The notes beneath the pieces were generated by a model. It was given only the letters and a program-made list of their open reading frames with translations, was not told where the DNA came from and made no database searches. From an uncultured Mycoplasmatota bacterium (GTDB lineage: Bacteria; Bacillota_I; Bacilli_A; RF39; UBA660), in contig CAMLTY010000002.1 of NCBI GenBank assembly GCA_946486465.1, positions 4,331 to 68,330 of the forward strand: a stretch of DNA of 64,000 bases, written 5' to 3'. Shown piece after piece: positions 63,676 through 64,000 of the stretch (positions are counted from its first letter, which is position 1; every line of letters begins with the position of its first letter). The position numbers were made by a program, and so were the translations under genes.

Positions 63676-64000
63676 TTACATCAACATTGTTATTTGATTC
63701 TTACTTAACCCTGTCGCTTTCATAATATCTTTTATTGGCATACCCATACTAAGAAGATTTTTAGCAATAGAATTTTTTTCATTACTAACACCTTGTTTAA
63801 TTCCTTGTTTAATTCCTTGTTCAATTCCTTGTTTAAGACCTTGTTCTTTAGCAGTAATTTTTATACTGTTTTCTATTCTTCTTCTTTCCTCTTCTTCATC
63901 ATATAGTCCAATAGTATATGCATCATTAGTTAATCTTTTTAATTCTTTAGCAACTTCCATAAGTTCTTCGTCTCCTTCCGCTAATTTGTCAATCTCATCA
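63676..64000 (-). CDS. C-terminal part of an Rpn-family (YhgA-like) recombination-promoting nuclease/putative transposase; 5' end outside the window
   Basis: The frame stays open upstream of the track Met to the window edge (DEIDKLAEGDEEL-MEVAKELK...). GLKQGIEQGIKQGIKQG...IAKNLLSMGMPIKDIMKATGLSKNQITMLM. Confidence 0.5.
   Translation of the reverse strand, partial: DEIDKLAEGDEELMEVAKELKRLTNDAYTIGLYDEEEERRRIENSIKITAKEQGLKQGIEQGIKQGIKQGVSNEKNSIAKNLLSMGMPIKDIMKATGLSKNQITMLM

Noticed and set aside
63390-64000. Calling the Rpn-like ORFs an active transposon or IS.
   Set aside because: No inverted terminal repeats or target duplications are visible, and the catalytic N-domain is outside the window. 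Rpn-family proteins are not classical IS transposases.

Overview
Visibly AT-rich, standard-code Firmicutes-type chromosomal segment. Gene content looks Clostridia/Erysipelotrichia-like (ylbL/ylbJ, ppdK, CIRCE-htpG, uvrC-mutL-miaA), and almost all genes are on the minus strand. All family calls rest on motif recognition by eye; no searches were run. Main blocks: (i) 1-7.1 kb, cell-envelope genes including an adjacent dockerin-autolysin / cohesin-scaffold pair and an LCP ligase with a PASTA-like module. (ii) 7.2-9.4 kb, a direct-repeat-bounded cassette (COG1373-type ATPase plus frameshifted HD hydrolase) inserted behind ylbL. (iii) 11-20 kb, pseudopilins with a GspE-type ATPase, a PEP-utilising phosphotransferase-like enzyme, ldh, a second COG1373 ATPase and an ABC pair. 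(iv) 20.5-43.1 kb, a wall-glycopolymer cluster (glf, many glycosyltransferases, TagGH-type exporter, pyruvyl- and acyl-transferases, GH25 autolysin with 189-bp repeats), interrupted by a Schlafen/AlbA_2-type ATPase. (v) 44.0-45.4 kb, the strongest signal: a complete type III (ToxIN/CptIN-like) protein-RNA toxin-antitoxin locus (promoter, 2.2 x ~50-nt RNA repeats, terminator, toxin). It is followed by a second copy that keeps the promoter and repeats but lost its toxin through a microhomology deletion. Covariation among the four repeat units supports a pseudoknot. (vi) ppdK, pyrH and an ABC transporter. (vii) 50.9-52.6 kb, a decayed defence islet: a PBECR-like nuclease behind a structured GC-enriched leader, and an AbiEii gene with an in-frame TAA and no AbiEi. 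(viii) An LtaS-like gene, htpG, miaA, a third COG1373 ATPase wedged between mutL and miaA, a pilin gene translationally coupled between uvrC and mutL, and Rpn-like fragments at the right edge. No rRNA, tRNA, CRISPR array, integrase or IS transposase was recognised.
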